From an uncultured Bacteroidota bacterium (GTDB taxonomy: Bacteria > Bacteroidota > Bacteroidia > Bacteroidales > P3), in the NCBI GenBank assembly GCA_902803395.1, contig CADCPQ010000138.1, forward strand, positions 1 through 41,493: a DNA stretch of 41,493 bases. Reading direction: 5' to 3'. Positions 1-9,572 of the stretch are shown one piece after another. Position 1 is the first letter of the stretch, and every line of letters starts with the position of its first letter. Under the pieces are notes generated by a model. That model worked only from the letters and a program-made list of their open reading frames with translations, did not search any database and was not told where the DNA came from. Both the position numbers and the translations under genes were made by a program.

Positions 1-693
1 GTGCGGCGCAAGCCCTACTCTATCGTCCTGCTGGACGAGATTGAAAAGGCTCACCCCGATGTGTTCAACGTGCTGCTTCAAGTGTTGGAAGACGGCCAGT
101 TGACCGACGGCATGGGCCGCAAGGTCGATTTCAAGAACACGATTATCATCATGACTTCCAATATCGGCAGCCGCCAGCTCAAGGACTTCGGCACCGGCGT
201 GGGCTTCAACACCAGCACCCGCGAGGCCGAAAAGGACGCCCTGCAGCGCGACGTCATCGAAAAATCGCTCAAAAAGACTTTCGCCCCCGAATTTCTGAAC
301 CGCATTGACGACATCGTCTACTTCAACAGCCTCAAGCGCGACGACATACATCGCATTATCGAAATCGAACTGCGCGGCCTCTTCAAACGTGTCAAACAAA
401 TGGGCTTCGGCATCGAAATCGACGAGAAAGCCAAGGATTTCCTGCTGCGCAAAGGTTGGGACGAACAGTACGGTGCACGTCCGCTCAAACGCTCAATCCA
501 GCGCTACATCGAAGACGACCTTGCCGACGAAATCATCAAAGCCGACATCCTCCCGGGCGACACCATCCGCATCACCACCACCGGCGAGGAGCTGGACGAG
601 AAAGTGACCTTCGACATCGTTACCGGCGACACCTCGGCACAGTTGTCGCAAGCCATCAACGAGAGCAATATGGCTTCGGTTGAAACCGAATAG
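1..693 (+). CDS. AAA+ Clp chaperone ATPase (ClpA/ClpC/ClpB type), C-terminal part of the D2 module; 5' end cut by the window edge
   Basis: The translation contains LLDEIEKAHPDVFNVLLQVLEDGQLTD (Walker B/sensor region), TSNIG, FAPEFLNRIDDIVYF and YGARPLKRSIQ (sensor 2), all typical of Clp/Hsp100 D2. The ORF runs from base 1 to TAG at 691-693. Confidence 0.9.
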   Translation: MRRKPYSIVLLDEIEKAHPDVFNVLLQVLEDGQLTDGMGRKVDFKNTIIIMTSNIGSRQLKDFGTGVGFNTSTREAEKDALQRDVIEKSLKKTFAPEFLNRIDDIVYFNSLKRDDIHRIIEIELRGLFKRVKQMGFGIEIDEKAKDFLLRKGWDEQYGARPLKRSIQRYIEDDLADEIIKADILPGDTIRITTTGEELDEKVTFDIVTGDTSAQLSQAINESNMASVETE

Positions 694-715
694 CATATTT
701 AAACAGTTGTAAATC

Positions 716-748
716 AAGCCCGACCAATATCATGGTCGGGCTTTTTTC
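716..748 (+). terminator. Rho-independent terminator downstream of the clp gene
   Basis: A perfect stem AAGCCCGACCA (716-726) / TGGTCGGGCTT (733-743) is followed by a T-run at 742-747, 23 nt after the stop codon. Confidence 0.8.
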
Positions 749-893
749 GCCCCCGGGAAATACTAAGCCGAGGCAAGGCCGATGTAAGGCCGACCTTAAT
801 ACGACCCGAACCTATCCAACCACTTGATAATGAGGATTTTAAATTAAATTTGCCAAAGTATTGATTTTCAACACTTTGGCAAATCGTATATAA
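746..893 (-). repeat. Convergent-junction modular repeat, copy A (inverted relative to copies B and C)
   Basis: Read on the minus strand it carries the same modules as copies B and C. These are ATATA (887-892), TTGAAAATCAA (861-871) and TCGG/TCGT motifs (plus-strand CCGA at 768, 779, 790, ACGA at 801, CCGA at 806; spacing 11,11,11,5). The tail is CCCGGGGGCGA (747-757). The core is near-identical to 18515-18566: GGTTCGGGTCG...GGTCGGCCTTACATCGGCCTTGCCTCGG. Confidence 0.7.
848..884 (-). terminator. 12-bp perfect hairpin downstream of sdaA; candidate terminator
   Basis: ATTTGCCAAAGT (848-859) is the exact reverse complement of ACTTTGGCAAAT (873-884), with a 13-nt loop that contains the TTGAAAATCAA box. 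It lies 32 nt past the sdaA stop, and on the minus strand a T/A-rich run follows. Confidence 0.55.
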
Positions 894-915
894 GAACGGG
901 ATGTTCGGTTGCGAT

Positions 916-2121
916 TCAGTCGTTGAGGGCGAGGCCTCCGAGCGATGTTTCCTTGTAGAGGCTCGGGATGTCCTTGCCGGTCAACTTCATGGTTTTCACC
1001 ACTTTGTCGAATGAGATGATGTGGCGTCCGTCGGACATCATGGCGTAGATATTGATGTCGAGGGCACGGAGGGCAGCCATGGCGTTGCGCTCGATACAGG
1101 GAATCTGCACCAGGCCGCACAGCGGGTCGCAAGTGAGGCCGAGGTTGTGTTCCATGGCCATCTCGGCGGCATATTCAATCTGCTTGGGGCTGCCGCCGAA
1201 CAGCTGGTTGCTGGCCACGGCGGCCATCACGCAGGCGCTGCCGACCTCGGCTTGGCAACCTGCTTCGGCGCCACTTATCGAGGCGTTGGTCTTGATGACG
1301 TTGGCGAAGAGTCCGGCGGTGGCCATGGCGCGCAGTATTTCGCGATCGCTGAAGTCGTGGTTTTTCTTCAAGTGGTACAGCACAGCCGGCAGCACACCGC
1401 TACTGCCGCAGGTTGGCGCGGTGACTATGCGGCCGCCGCAGGCGTTCTGCTCGCTGGTGGCCAGGGCGTAGGCGATCACGAGGGCGCGGTTCTGCAGCGA
1501 AGGCTTGAAGGCCGAGGCGCGGATGAAATACTGGTGGGCTTTTGAACGCAGGTGCAACCCGCCGGCTATGACGCGGTCGTCCTGCAAACCCTCCTCGATG
1601 GTTTGCTGCATCTGCTGCCACATCTCCTCGAGATAGAACCAGAGGGTGCCATCCTCGCACTGCTCCACATATTCCCAGAAGCTGAGGCCTTCCTTGTCGA
1701 TATACTCCATGATTTCTTTCATGGTCTTGTGCGGGTACACTTCGCCTTCGGGAGTGATACCGAGCGGCACATCGCCCTCTTCGGTGGCCAGATAGCCGCC
1801 ACCTATGCTGTAGACGAGCCACGAGTCGACCACCCCACCCTGTCCGTCGATGGCTTCGAAGAACATTCCGTTAGGATGGAACGGCTTGACGACATCGGCG
1901 CGCCAGACAATCTCGGTATCCTTTGGCGCGAGGCCTCGAGTGACGGCCAGGTCGGTGTGGTGCCCGCGACCTGTGGCGGCAAGGGAACCGTAGAGGGTGA
2001 CGCGAAAACGGGCGGCATTCTTGTTGCGCTTGGCGAACATCTCCGCCGCGCGATTCGGCCCCATCGTGTGGCTACTGCTCGGGCCATAGCCTATCTTGTA
2101 TATTTTTTTTATTGTTTCCAC
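916..2121 (-). CDS. sdaA: L-serine ammonia-lyase (iron-sulfur dependent, single-chain alpha/beta fusion)
   Basis: The N-terminus [13 protein letters not shown], the 401-aa length and the C-terminal [17 protein letters not shown] cysteine motif are characteristic of Fe-S L-serine dehydratases. Confidence 0.9.
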   Translation of the reverse strand: METIKKIYKIGYGPSSSHTMGPNRAAEMFAKRNKNAARFRVTLYGSLAATGRGHHTDLAVTRGLAPKDTEIVWRADVVKPFHPNGMFFEAIDGQGGVVDSWLVYSIGGGYLATEEGDVPLGITPEGEVYPHKTMKEIMEYIDKEGLSFWEYVEQCEDGTLWFYLEEMWQQMQQTIEEGLQDDRVIAGGLHLRSKAHQYFIRASAFKPSLQNRALVIAYALATSEQNACGGRIVTAPTCGSSGVLPAVLYHLKKNHDFSDREILRAMATAGLFANVIKTNASISGAEAGCQAEVGSACVMAAVASNQLFGGSPKQIEYAAEMAMEHNLGLTCDPLCGLVQIPCIERNAMAALRALDINIYAMMSDGRHIISFDKVVKTMKLTGKDIPSLYKETSLGGLALND

Positions 2122-2130
2122 TATTGTTTA

Positions 2131-4326
2131 TTATCGGGTTGGGCTGAATATCGAGTTGTCGGTTTGCCGAGGTTCACCTTTTACAACGATTTCGTCGGTG
2201 AAAATCCACGGCTTCTCGCCGGTGGCACGGTGCCAGGCCGGTATTTCGGGCAAGGGCTTGGCAACAACACGCAACAGATTGATTTTGCGAGGTTTGAAGT
2301 CGGCGCGGAAGGTTTTGATGTCCGGAGTGGCCAGGATTTCGGGGTTGACCGGGTTGAATTCAGCTAATTTCTGCCATGTTGTGCCGTCGTCCGATACCTG
2401 ATATTCGATGTGCTGCGGCAGGAAAATCCACGACAGCGGGTAGAAATAGAAGTCCATCGAGACACTGCTGTAGATTGAGTCGGGGTTGAGGCTGACAATG
2501 ACATCGATCGAGTCGCCGAACCACCCGAGCCAGCGGTTGCGATAGTCCATGATGCCTCCCTTGCCGTCGGTGAGCGAGGCCGTGTTGTAGGGAGCCTTGG
2601 GCTGGGTGAACATTTTGTGTTCATAGCGAGGTCTGCTGCCGAAATTTTTCTCGACAAAGCGACTCATAATCTGGCGGTATTCGGCCGGAGTGCAGCCCAT
2701 TTCCATCATCTGAGGAACGTGCAGGTCGTTTTCGAGATACTGGGTAAAACTTTCGATACGGTCACGGAGCTCGTCGCCAGTCGACGGCATGAATCCCATG
2801 GCCTGCAGCTCGATTTGTGCAAAGTCGAGAGCCGCAGCAAATTCCGCCACACGCTGGCGAATGGCTTTGTCCTTCTCGACACGGAAAGCCTCGCCAATCA
2901 TCTCCTCGTACTGCGCCATACGTTTCGGCGACAAGTAGCCGTTGGCACCGTCGACGGGATAGCCGTAAATGTCCAGACGCTGGCCCGAAGCCACCAAAGC
3001 AGCGGTCATAGTGTCGATAATACCTTTAATATATACGCCTGCGCGACCATAGTAGCCGTTACAGAAGTCAGTCAATATGGCGTCGGTGTTGGCGTCGGCG
3101 TTCCAGAGCAACTTGGCGGTCAGGTAGCAGCGGATGTCCATCCACGAGGTGATGTTGTTCTCGCCGGTGGCCTGTTCGAACATCATGCGAACACCGTTGT
3201 CGCGGAAATACTTAAGGTTGGGCTGCAGCACGTGCAGGTTGGGAAACGGGTTCCAGAAGTTGCGGAACTGTACGATATAGTCCCACATGAAGATGTTGTC
3301 GGTCAGCTCGCGCCATTCCTTCATGTCGGCGTGGAATGACTTGTCGCCCTGAACCGGTTTTTCGCGGCCACACTCGATGGAACAGAGCATGATGTTGACG
3401 TTGGGCTCGGGACGCACCAGCTGCCCTTCTGGGGCCTTGCGGGTGTATTGGTAAGCGAGCGTCGATATTGTTTTGTTCGGGAAACGACGGGCCACTTCGT
3501 TGACAAAACGGAGCAGCGTCCCACTGGGACCGCCATATAGGGAGTCGGATCGGAGGCAGTCGGGACACTGGCAGGCGTTGTAGTTGTCGTTGTTCGAAAC
3601 CGACCACACGGTGGCTTCCGGGTTGCGGGCCATGGCATCCGACAGATTTTTGCAGAGCTCTTTAAGCACCTTGGGGTTGGTGAGGCAGAGCTGTCCGTCG
3701 CGCACACGACGACCATTGCGCATCGAGAACCAGTCGGGGTGTTTGGCAAAATAGCGGTCGGCGGGAATAAGGTCCTTGAAAGTGTGGACAAACATACCCC
3801 ATTCGCGGTTCAGGTCGGCACGGTTGTGCAGGTGGTGCCAGTCGGCGTAACGGCGGCTGTGGTTAGGGTAGTAATAAAGAACCTCGCGGTATTCGAACGA
3901 CGGCACGACAAGCGTGTCGCACACAGGTAGCATAACTTTGGGCTCACGAACTTTCACGATGCAGTCGGGTGTGTAGCAGCGCCAACCGAGGAAGTTCTCG
4001 AGGTAGTCGTACACGCCGTAGAGAGTGCCTTTGCCTTCGGGTCCGTAAATGTAAAGGTCCATTCCGTCGCCGAACATTCTGTAGCTGTCGGGGGTGAACT
4101 TGACTTTGCTGTCGGACATTTTTTTTGTTGCGCCGATAAAGATACGGCCTTCGCCGACGGTGCATTTAGACTCGGACACCGATTGCAGGTTGCCGAAATG
4201 GCAGAGCTCGTCGGCGGCAAGTTGCTCGATTGCAGTAGGTTTGTCGGGCACGACCACGACGGTTGGACGCTGGGCTGCGGCGCTCAAGGCCGTCAGCATG
4301 ATGAGGGCAAAAAGGATACGTTTCAT
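2131..4326 (-). CDS. Secreted DUF4838-like (glycoside-hydrolase-like) protein with a probable C-terminal discoidin/F5-8-type-C-like domain
   Basis: It has a signal peptide (MKRILFALIMLTALSAAAQ). The central LCLTNP...WSVSNNDNYNACQCPDC...LAYQYT pattern is one I associate with Bacteroidetes DUF4838 proteins. The family assignment is from memory and was not searched. Confidence 0.5.
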   Translation of the reverse strand: MKRILFALIMLTALSAAAQRPTVVVVPDKPTAIEQLAADELCHFGNLQSVSESKCTVGEGRIFIGATKKMSDSKVKFTPDSYRMFGDGMDLYIYGPEGKGTLYGVYDYLENFLGWRCYTPDCIVKVREPKVMLPVCDTLVVPSFEYREVLYYYPNHSRRYADWHHLHNRADLNREWGMFVHTFKDLIPADRYFAKHPDWFSMRNGRRVRDGQLCLTNPKVLKELCKNLSDAMARNPEATVWSVSNNDNYNACQCPDCLRSDSLYGGPSGTLLRFVNEVARRFPNKTISTLAYQYTRKAPEGQLVRPEPNVNIMLCSIECGREKPVQGDKSFHADMKEWRELTDNIFMWDYIVQFRNFWNPFPNLHVLQPNLKYFRDNGVRMMFEQATGENNITSWMDIRCYLTAKLLWNADANTDAILTDFCNGYYGRAGVYIKGIIDTMTAALVASGQRLDIYGYPVDGANGYLSPKRMAQYEEMIGEAFRVEKDKAIRQRVAEFAAALDFAQIELQAMGFMPSTGDELRDRIESFTQYLENDLHVPQMMEMGCTPAEYRQIMSRFVEKNFGSRPRYEHKMFTQPKAPYNTASLTDGKGGIMDYRNRWLGWFGDSIDVIVSLNPDSIYSSVSMDFYFYPLSWIFLPQHIEYQVSDDGTTWQKLAEFNPVNPEILATPDIKTFRADFKPRKINLLRVVAKPLPEIPAWHRATGEKPWIFTDEIVVKGEPRQTDNSIFSPTR

Positions 4327-4379
4327 AATAACGATAACGGAATTAGGTTCGAAATATTGTACCTGTTAATAAAAAAAGA

Positions 4380-7022
4380 TTAGTGGGCGGTTAGCCAATC
4401 GGGACCTACGTCGATGCCGACTTCGATGTCGACACCGTCGAGCGGCAGGGCGTTTTTCATCTCGGTTTCGACAATTTCGCGCACACGAGCCTCCTCGGGT
4501 TTGTACAGGTCGAACACCAGCTCGTCGTGAACCTGAAGAATCATCTTCGTTTTGAGTTTTTCGTCGGCGAAACGTTTATGGATGCGCACCATCGCAATTT
4601 TTATCATGTCGGCCGAAGACCCTTGAATTGGCATATTTACGGCGTTGCGTTCGGCAAAACTGCGGGCGGCGGCATTGCGGCTGTTGATGTCGGTGAGGTA
4701 ACGACGGCGGCCGAGAAGGGTCTGCGCGTAGCCGTGCTGTCTGGCGAAAGCCACGTTGCCGTCGATATAATTTTTGATGTCAGGATATTGCGCGAAGTAT
4801 TCGTTGATGAGTTCGGTGGCCTGTTTGCGCGGAATGCCGAGCTGTTCGCTGAGGCCGAATGCACTTATGCCGTACACAATGCCAAAGTTGACTGATTTGG
4901 CGTTGCGGCGCTGCTCCTTGCTGACTTGGCTGATGTCGAGGCCAAAAATCTTTGCTGCCGTCGCGGCGTGGATGTCGTAATGGTTGGCGAAAGCCTCGGC
5001 CATGTGGCGGTCGTGAGCCAGCGAAGCGATAATACGGAGCTCGATTTGCGAGTAGTCGGCGGCAAGAAGCAAATAATCGTCGTTACGTGCGACGAAAGCA
5101 CGACGTATCTCACGGCCGCGTTCGGTGCGGATGGGGATGTTCTGCAAGTTAGGCGACGACGACGACAGACGGCCAGTGGCGGTCACAGTCTGGTTATAGA
5201 TTGTATGGAGTCGGTTTGTGGCGGGGTTTATGAGTTTCGGGAAACTGTCAAGATAGGTGCCGATGAGCTTGGTAAGTGAGCGCCATTCAAGAATTTTGCC
5301 AACAATCGGATGACTGTCCTTGAGTTTGACCATCACGTCCTCGGCGGTGGAGTATTGTTTGGTGGCTGTGCGCGGAGGCTTGTCGGTAATCTTGAGTTTC
5401 TCGTACAGCACTTCGCCGAGTTGTTTTGGCGAGCTGATATTAAATTGACAATCAGCCAGTTTGTAGATTTCCTGCTCGAGGGCGTTGCGCTCCTCTGACA
5501 AAGTGGCGGAGTAACTGCGAAGAGCATCAACATCGATACGGACGCCTTCGGTTTCCATGTCAATCAAAACATCGACCAAAGGCAATTCAATGTCGGTGTA
5601 GAGGTGCCCAAGGTTGGCTTCGCGCAGTTTGGACGACAGGAGCGGATAAAGTGACCACATTGAAGATACCAGTTCTTGCGGTGTTTCAGGGTTGGTGTTA
5701 AGAAAAGCACCACTGATGAAGTCGAGGGTATGGCGCGCTTCGGCGTCGATGAGGTAATGGGCAAGTTGCAGGTCGAATATCTCGCCCTGTATCTGAATGT
5801 CAAGTTCGCGAAGTATGTATTTGAGGTTCTTGACGTTGTGGCAGAGTTTGAGGCTCTTTGGATTTGTGAGCAAACGGCGTAAAGCGTCGACGTCGATATC
5901 GGACACACGGCAGAGGTAGGCTGAATCGGCATCGGAAGCCAATGCTATTGTTGGTCCGTCGATATAGATGGCCACGTCGCCGTCGGCAGGTATTTTGTCG
6001 ACGATACTGATGTCGTTGTGTGGCGCTGCAGCAAGCGGTATTTCTGGCTGGTCGAATAACGATGGTTGTGGTGTCTGGGGTTCCTTGGATTGTACTGGTG
6101 CCGCTTTCGTAGCGAACAGCATGGCTGATTCTGGGTTCGAGACAGTGAGGTCAGTGAAAACACGCTTTGCCAGCTGACGAAACTCAAGGTAGTCGAACAA
6201 CTCCTTCAGTTTCGGATAATCGGGCTCGCTCAAGGCTAAGTCAGCTTCGTTAAATTCGATAGGCACAGTTGTACAAATCGTGGCCAACTGTTTCGAGAAC
6301 AGGGCACTCTCGGCGTTGGTTTTAATTAGCTCGCGTATCTTGTCGTTGGCAATCTCATCAGCGTGTTCAATCATGTTTTCGATTGAGTCGAACTGCACGA
6401 TGAGTTTTTTGGCGGTCTTCTCCCCTACTCCTTTGACACCGGGAATGTTGTCGCTGGCATCACCCCACAAACCGAGCAGGTCGATGACTTGACTGCAGCG
6501 TTTAATGCCGAACTTCTCAAGCACTTCGGCAATACCCATGATTTGGTCGGGCTTGCCCATACGACCATGACGATAAATGCGGATACGATCGGTCACAAGC
6601 TGACCAAAATCCTTGTCGGGCGTCACCATCAAAACAGCGTCAAAACCAGACTCTTCGGCTCTGTGGGCGATGGTTCCGATGACGTCGTCGGCCTCGTAGC
6701 CGCAACAAGTCAGTATCGGGATGTGGAGTGCGTCAATAATTTCCCTAATAAATGGCAATGCAAGTTGAATCTCTTCGGGCATGGCATCGCGGTTGGCTTT
6801 GTATTCGGCGTACATCTCATGGCGGAAAGTAGGTTCCTGCACATCGAAAGCCACCCCGACATGGGTTGGTTTTTGCTGCTTGATGAGGTCGAGCAAGCTG
6901 GTCGTGAAGCCAAGAATGGCCGACGTGTTAAATCCTTTAGAATTAACACGTGGGTTGCGGTTAAGAGCGTAATAGGCTCTGTACACAGCAGCCATTCCGT
7001 CGATGAGGAGAAGTTTTTTCAT
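4380..7022 (-). CDS. polA: DNA polymerase I
   Basis: 880 aa. The N-terminus is a 5'-3' exonuclease domain (LLIDGMAAVYRAYYAL, GVKGVGEKTA). The C-terminus carries pol A motifs (DYSQIELRI, RRNAKSVNFGIVYG, QVHDELV). Confidence 0.97.
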   Translation of the reverse strand: MKKLLLIDGMAAVYRAYYALNRNPRVNSKGFNTSAILGFTTSLLDLIKQQKPTHVGVAFDVQEPTFRHEMYAEYKANRDAMPEEIQLALPFIREIIDALHIPILTCCGYEADDVIGTIAHRAEESGFDAVLMVTPDKDFGQLVTDRIRIYRHGRMGKPDQIMGIAEVLEKFGIKRCSQVIDLLGLWGDASDNIPGVKGVGEKTAKKLIVQFDSIENMIEHADEIANDKIRELIKTNAESALFSKQLATICTTVPIEFNEADLALSEPDYPKLKELFDYLEFRQLAKRVFTDLTVSNPESAMLFATKAAPVQSKEPQTPQPSLFDQPEIPLAAAPHNDISIVDKIPADGDVAIYIDGPTIALASDADSAYLCRVSDIDVDALRRLLTNPKSLKLCHNVKNLKYILRELDIQIQGEIFDLQLAHYLIDAEARHTLDFISGAFLNTNPETPQELVSSMWSLYPLLSSKLREANLGHLYTDIELPLVDVLIDMETEGVRIDVDALRSYSATLSEERNALEQEIYKLADCQFNISSPKQLGEVLYEKLKITDKPPRTATKQYSTAEDVMVKLKDSHPIVGKILEWRSLTKLIGTYLDSFPKLINPATNRLHTIYNQTVTATGRLSSSSPNLQNIPIRTERGREIRRAFVARNDDYLLLAADYSQIELRIIASLAHDRHMAEAFANHYDIHAATAAKIFGLDISQVSKEQRRNAKSVNFGIVYGISAFGLSEQLGIPRKQATELINEYFAQYPDIKNYIDGNVAFARQHGYAQTLLGRRRYLTDINSRNAAARSFAERNAVNMPIQGSSADMIKIAMVRIHKRFADEKLKTKMILQVHDELVFDLYKPEEARVREIVETEMKNALPLDGVDIEVGIDVGPDWLTAH

Positions 7023-7026
7023 TGCA

Positions 7027-8079
7027 TTACTTGAGAGGATTGGCGGTCAGGTCGTCGTATTCCAAACGGTTTCTGATTATGTTGCAAGCCAGATACACGG
7101 CCGAGCGGAATGATTGCTCGGATGCGCGGTCCTTTCCAGCGATGTCGTAAGCAGTGCCATGAGCCGGGCTTGTACGCACATATGGCAGGCCAGCAGTGTA
7201 GTTGACACCTTCTGTGAACGACATGAGTTTAAACGGAATCAGGCCCTGGTCGTGATATAACGCGAGTACGCCGTCGAAATTGTTGAACTCGTTGGAACCA
7301 AAAAAGCCATCGGACGGGAACGGGCCATATGCTAAAACACCTTTGCCTTGGACCTCGTCTATTACGGGTTTGATGACTTTCATGTCGAAATCGCCAATGA
7401 CGCCGTTGTCGCCAGCATGAGGGTCAAGAGCTAAAACGGCAATTTTTGGCATTGTTATACCAAAATCGCGTTTCAGACTTTCGTTCATGAGCATCATCTT
7501 GTCGTAAAGCAGATTGTGGGTCAGTGCGTTGGGAACATCTTTCAATGCCAAGTGGTTGGTTACGATGCCGATACGTATGCGATCGCATACCATAAGCATG
7601 AGGCTCGAGCAACCAAACTGATGCGAAAGATACTCGGTATGGCCTGGAAAATCGAAGTCTGGTGCCTGTATATTGCGTTTGTTGATTGGCGCGGTGACGA
7701 GGGCGTCGACCAATCCGGCTTTCAGGTCGGCACATGCACGGTTGAGAGCCACACGCGAGAGATAGCCTGCTGTTTCGGTCGATTTTCCAAGATCGATTTT
7801 TATTTCGTCCTGAGTCAAGTTGACGATGTTGAATTTTTTGTCCACAGCTTCCGACGCATCGCGGATTGCGTTGAACATAACCTCCTGATGGTCTGGCAAA
7901 AGTTTTTTGTGGTACGAAGCCACTTTCGACGAGCCGTAGAGCACCGGTGTGCAACGTTCGAACATTCGGCTGTCGTTGAAAGTTTTGAGAATCACTTCAT
8001 AACCAATACCGTTGATGTCGCCATGCGTGATGGCCAGACGTATGCGTTTTTCTTGATTTTTTTCCATTTTCAATGTCAA
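7027..8079 (-). CDS. pdxA: 4-hydroxythreonine-4-phosphate dehydrogenase
   Basis: ITHGDINGIGYEV, FPGHTEYL, LDPHAGDNG and SPAHGTAYDIAGK motifs fit the PdxA family. An alternative start at M5 (8067) is possible. Confidence 0.9.
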   Translation of the reverse strand: MTLKMEKNQEKRIRLAITHGDINGIGYEVILKTFNDSRMFERCTPVLYGSSKVASYHKKLLPDHQEVMFNAIRDASEAVDKKFNIVNLTQDEIKIDLGKSTETAGYLSRVALNRACADLKAGLVDALVTAPINKRNIQAPDFDFPGHTEYLSHQFGCSSLMLMVCDRIRIGIVTNHLALKDVPNALTHNLLYDKMMLMNESLKRDFGITMPKIAVLALDPHAGDNGVIGDFDMKVIKPVIDEVQGKGVLAYGPFPSDGFFGSNEFNNFDGVLALYHDQGLIPFKLMSFTEGVNYTAGLPYVRTSPAHGTAYDIAGKDRASEQSFRSAVYLACNIIRNRLEYDDLTANPLK

Positions 8080-8126
8080 TTTTTTATATAACGCGTTTTT
8101 GTAAAAAAAATTGTTTCGCAGCGTTA

Positions 8127-9572
8127 TTATTTGTTCAAAAGGTCGTAAGTTTGCATGAAAGCATACAACAGGCGGATTCCGTAGCCTGATGCGCCAACGT
8201 TGTAATAATGCTGTTTCTTGCTAAAATAGGCCACACCGGCTATGTCAAGGTGGATGTAGGGTACCTCTTTGGCAAAATGGGCGAGGAATTTACCGGCGGT
8301 GATTGTGCCGGCCTGCGCGATGCCACAATTCTTGATGTCGGCGACTTCGGATTTTATGAGTTCATCATATTCTTTCCAGAACGGGAATTGCACAAGTCGT
8401 TCATAAACCTGGTTGCCAACGATGTTAAGTAGGTTGTACGGGTTGTCGGCGTTCTGCTGCATAGCGGCAATCCCGAAAGTCGAGATAGCACGGACAGCGG
8501 CACCAGTCAACGTTGCTGCGTCGATAATGAGTTCGGGGTCGTAGTTTTTGACGGCGTAGGCAATTGCGTCGGCCAAAATCAGACGTCCCTCGGCATCGGT
8601 ATTGATGACCTCGACAGTCGTTCCATCATACATTGACAGAATGTCGTCAGCAGCATATGCATTGAAACCCGGGCGGTTGTCGGTCATAGGAAGTAACGCC
8701 ACAACGTGAACCGGCAACTCGTTGTCGGCAGCGGCAAATAGAGCCGAAGCCATGGTAGCCGCACCGGCCATGTCGGATTTCATCTCTTGCATATAGTCGT
8801 CGGGCTTGATGTTGAGTCCGCCCGTGTCGTACATTATGCCTTTACCGACCAAAGCTAAAGGTTTGGAATTTACAGCATTGGCTGGTTTGTATTCAAGTAC
8901 CACAAAACGTGGTTCATCAACACTGCCACGGTTAACAGCCAATAATCCGCCCATACGCAACGACTCTATTTGGCGTTTATTGAAAACCGTGCACGATACG
9001 CCGAGGTCTGAAGCTATCGAGGCAAGTTCATCGGCAAATTGTGCGGCTTTGAGGTCTTGGACAGGCAGGTTGACCCACTCGCGGCACCAAAATATCCTGT
9101 TCCAAAGTTTGCAGTTTGACTCAAACTCATCTGTAGCGAAAAAACGACTGTCAACCGCCAGTGTACCAATATGTTCAGGCTGTTTGGTCTTGTAGCGGTC
9201 GAAAGAATAGTCGGAAAGTGTGAGACCTTCAATGAAGGCTATCATCTCCTCGGGGATGACCCCTTCGCCCGACAAGCCTGCGTCTGTCGCTTTGTCGGCA
9301 ATCATCATATTGCGCAGGGCGTCAGCCGAACGTCGTAAAAGTTCCTGACACTCAGCCGCAGGTTTCTCGCTGTCGAACGAGACAATGTAGGTGTAATACG
9401 GCAGACGGTCAAAACGCACTATGCAGTCTTTTTTCTCGGCTCGGCGCTCACGTAGCAGTTCGGCTTCTTTTTTACCAAGAGGAAGATTACGCTCGGCAAC
9501 GTCGCCGCCGAGCAGGAAAATTAAATTCCCCTCGTAAGTTTTCGGGGATATTTGTGTTAGTTCGTAATTCAT
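8127..9572 (-). CDS. pepA: Leucyl aminopeptidase, peptidase family M17
   Basis: It carries the M17 signature NTDAEGRLILADA, plus VGKGIMYDTGG and MKSDMAGAA metal and active-site motifs. 481 aa. Confidence 0.92.
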   Translation of the reverse strand: MNYELTQISPKTYEGNLIFLLGGDVAERNLPLGKKEAELLRERRAEKKDCIVRFDRLPYYTYIVSFDSEKPAAECQELLRRSADALRNMMIADKATDAGLSGEGVIPEEMIAFIEGLTLSDYSFDRYKTKQPEHIGTLAVDSRFFATDEFESNCKLWNRIFWCREWVNLPVQDLKAAQFADELASIASDLGVSCTVFNKRQIESLRMGGLLAVNRGSVDEPRFVVLEYKPANAVNSKPLALVGKGIMYDTGGLNIKPDDYMQEMKSDMAGAATMASALFAAADNELPVHVVALLPMTDNRPGFNAYAADDILSMYDGTTVEVINTDAEGRLILADAIAYAVKNYDPELIIDAATLTGAAVRAISTFGIAAMQQNADNPYNLLNIVGNQVYERLVQFPFWKEYDELIKSEVADIKNCGIAQAGTITAGKFLAHFAKEVPYIHLDIAGVAYFSKKQHYYNVGASGYGIRLLYAFMQTYDLLNK

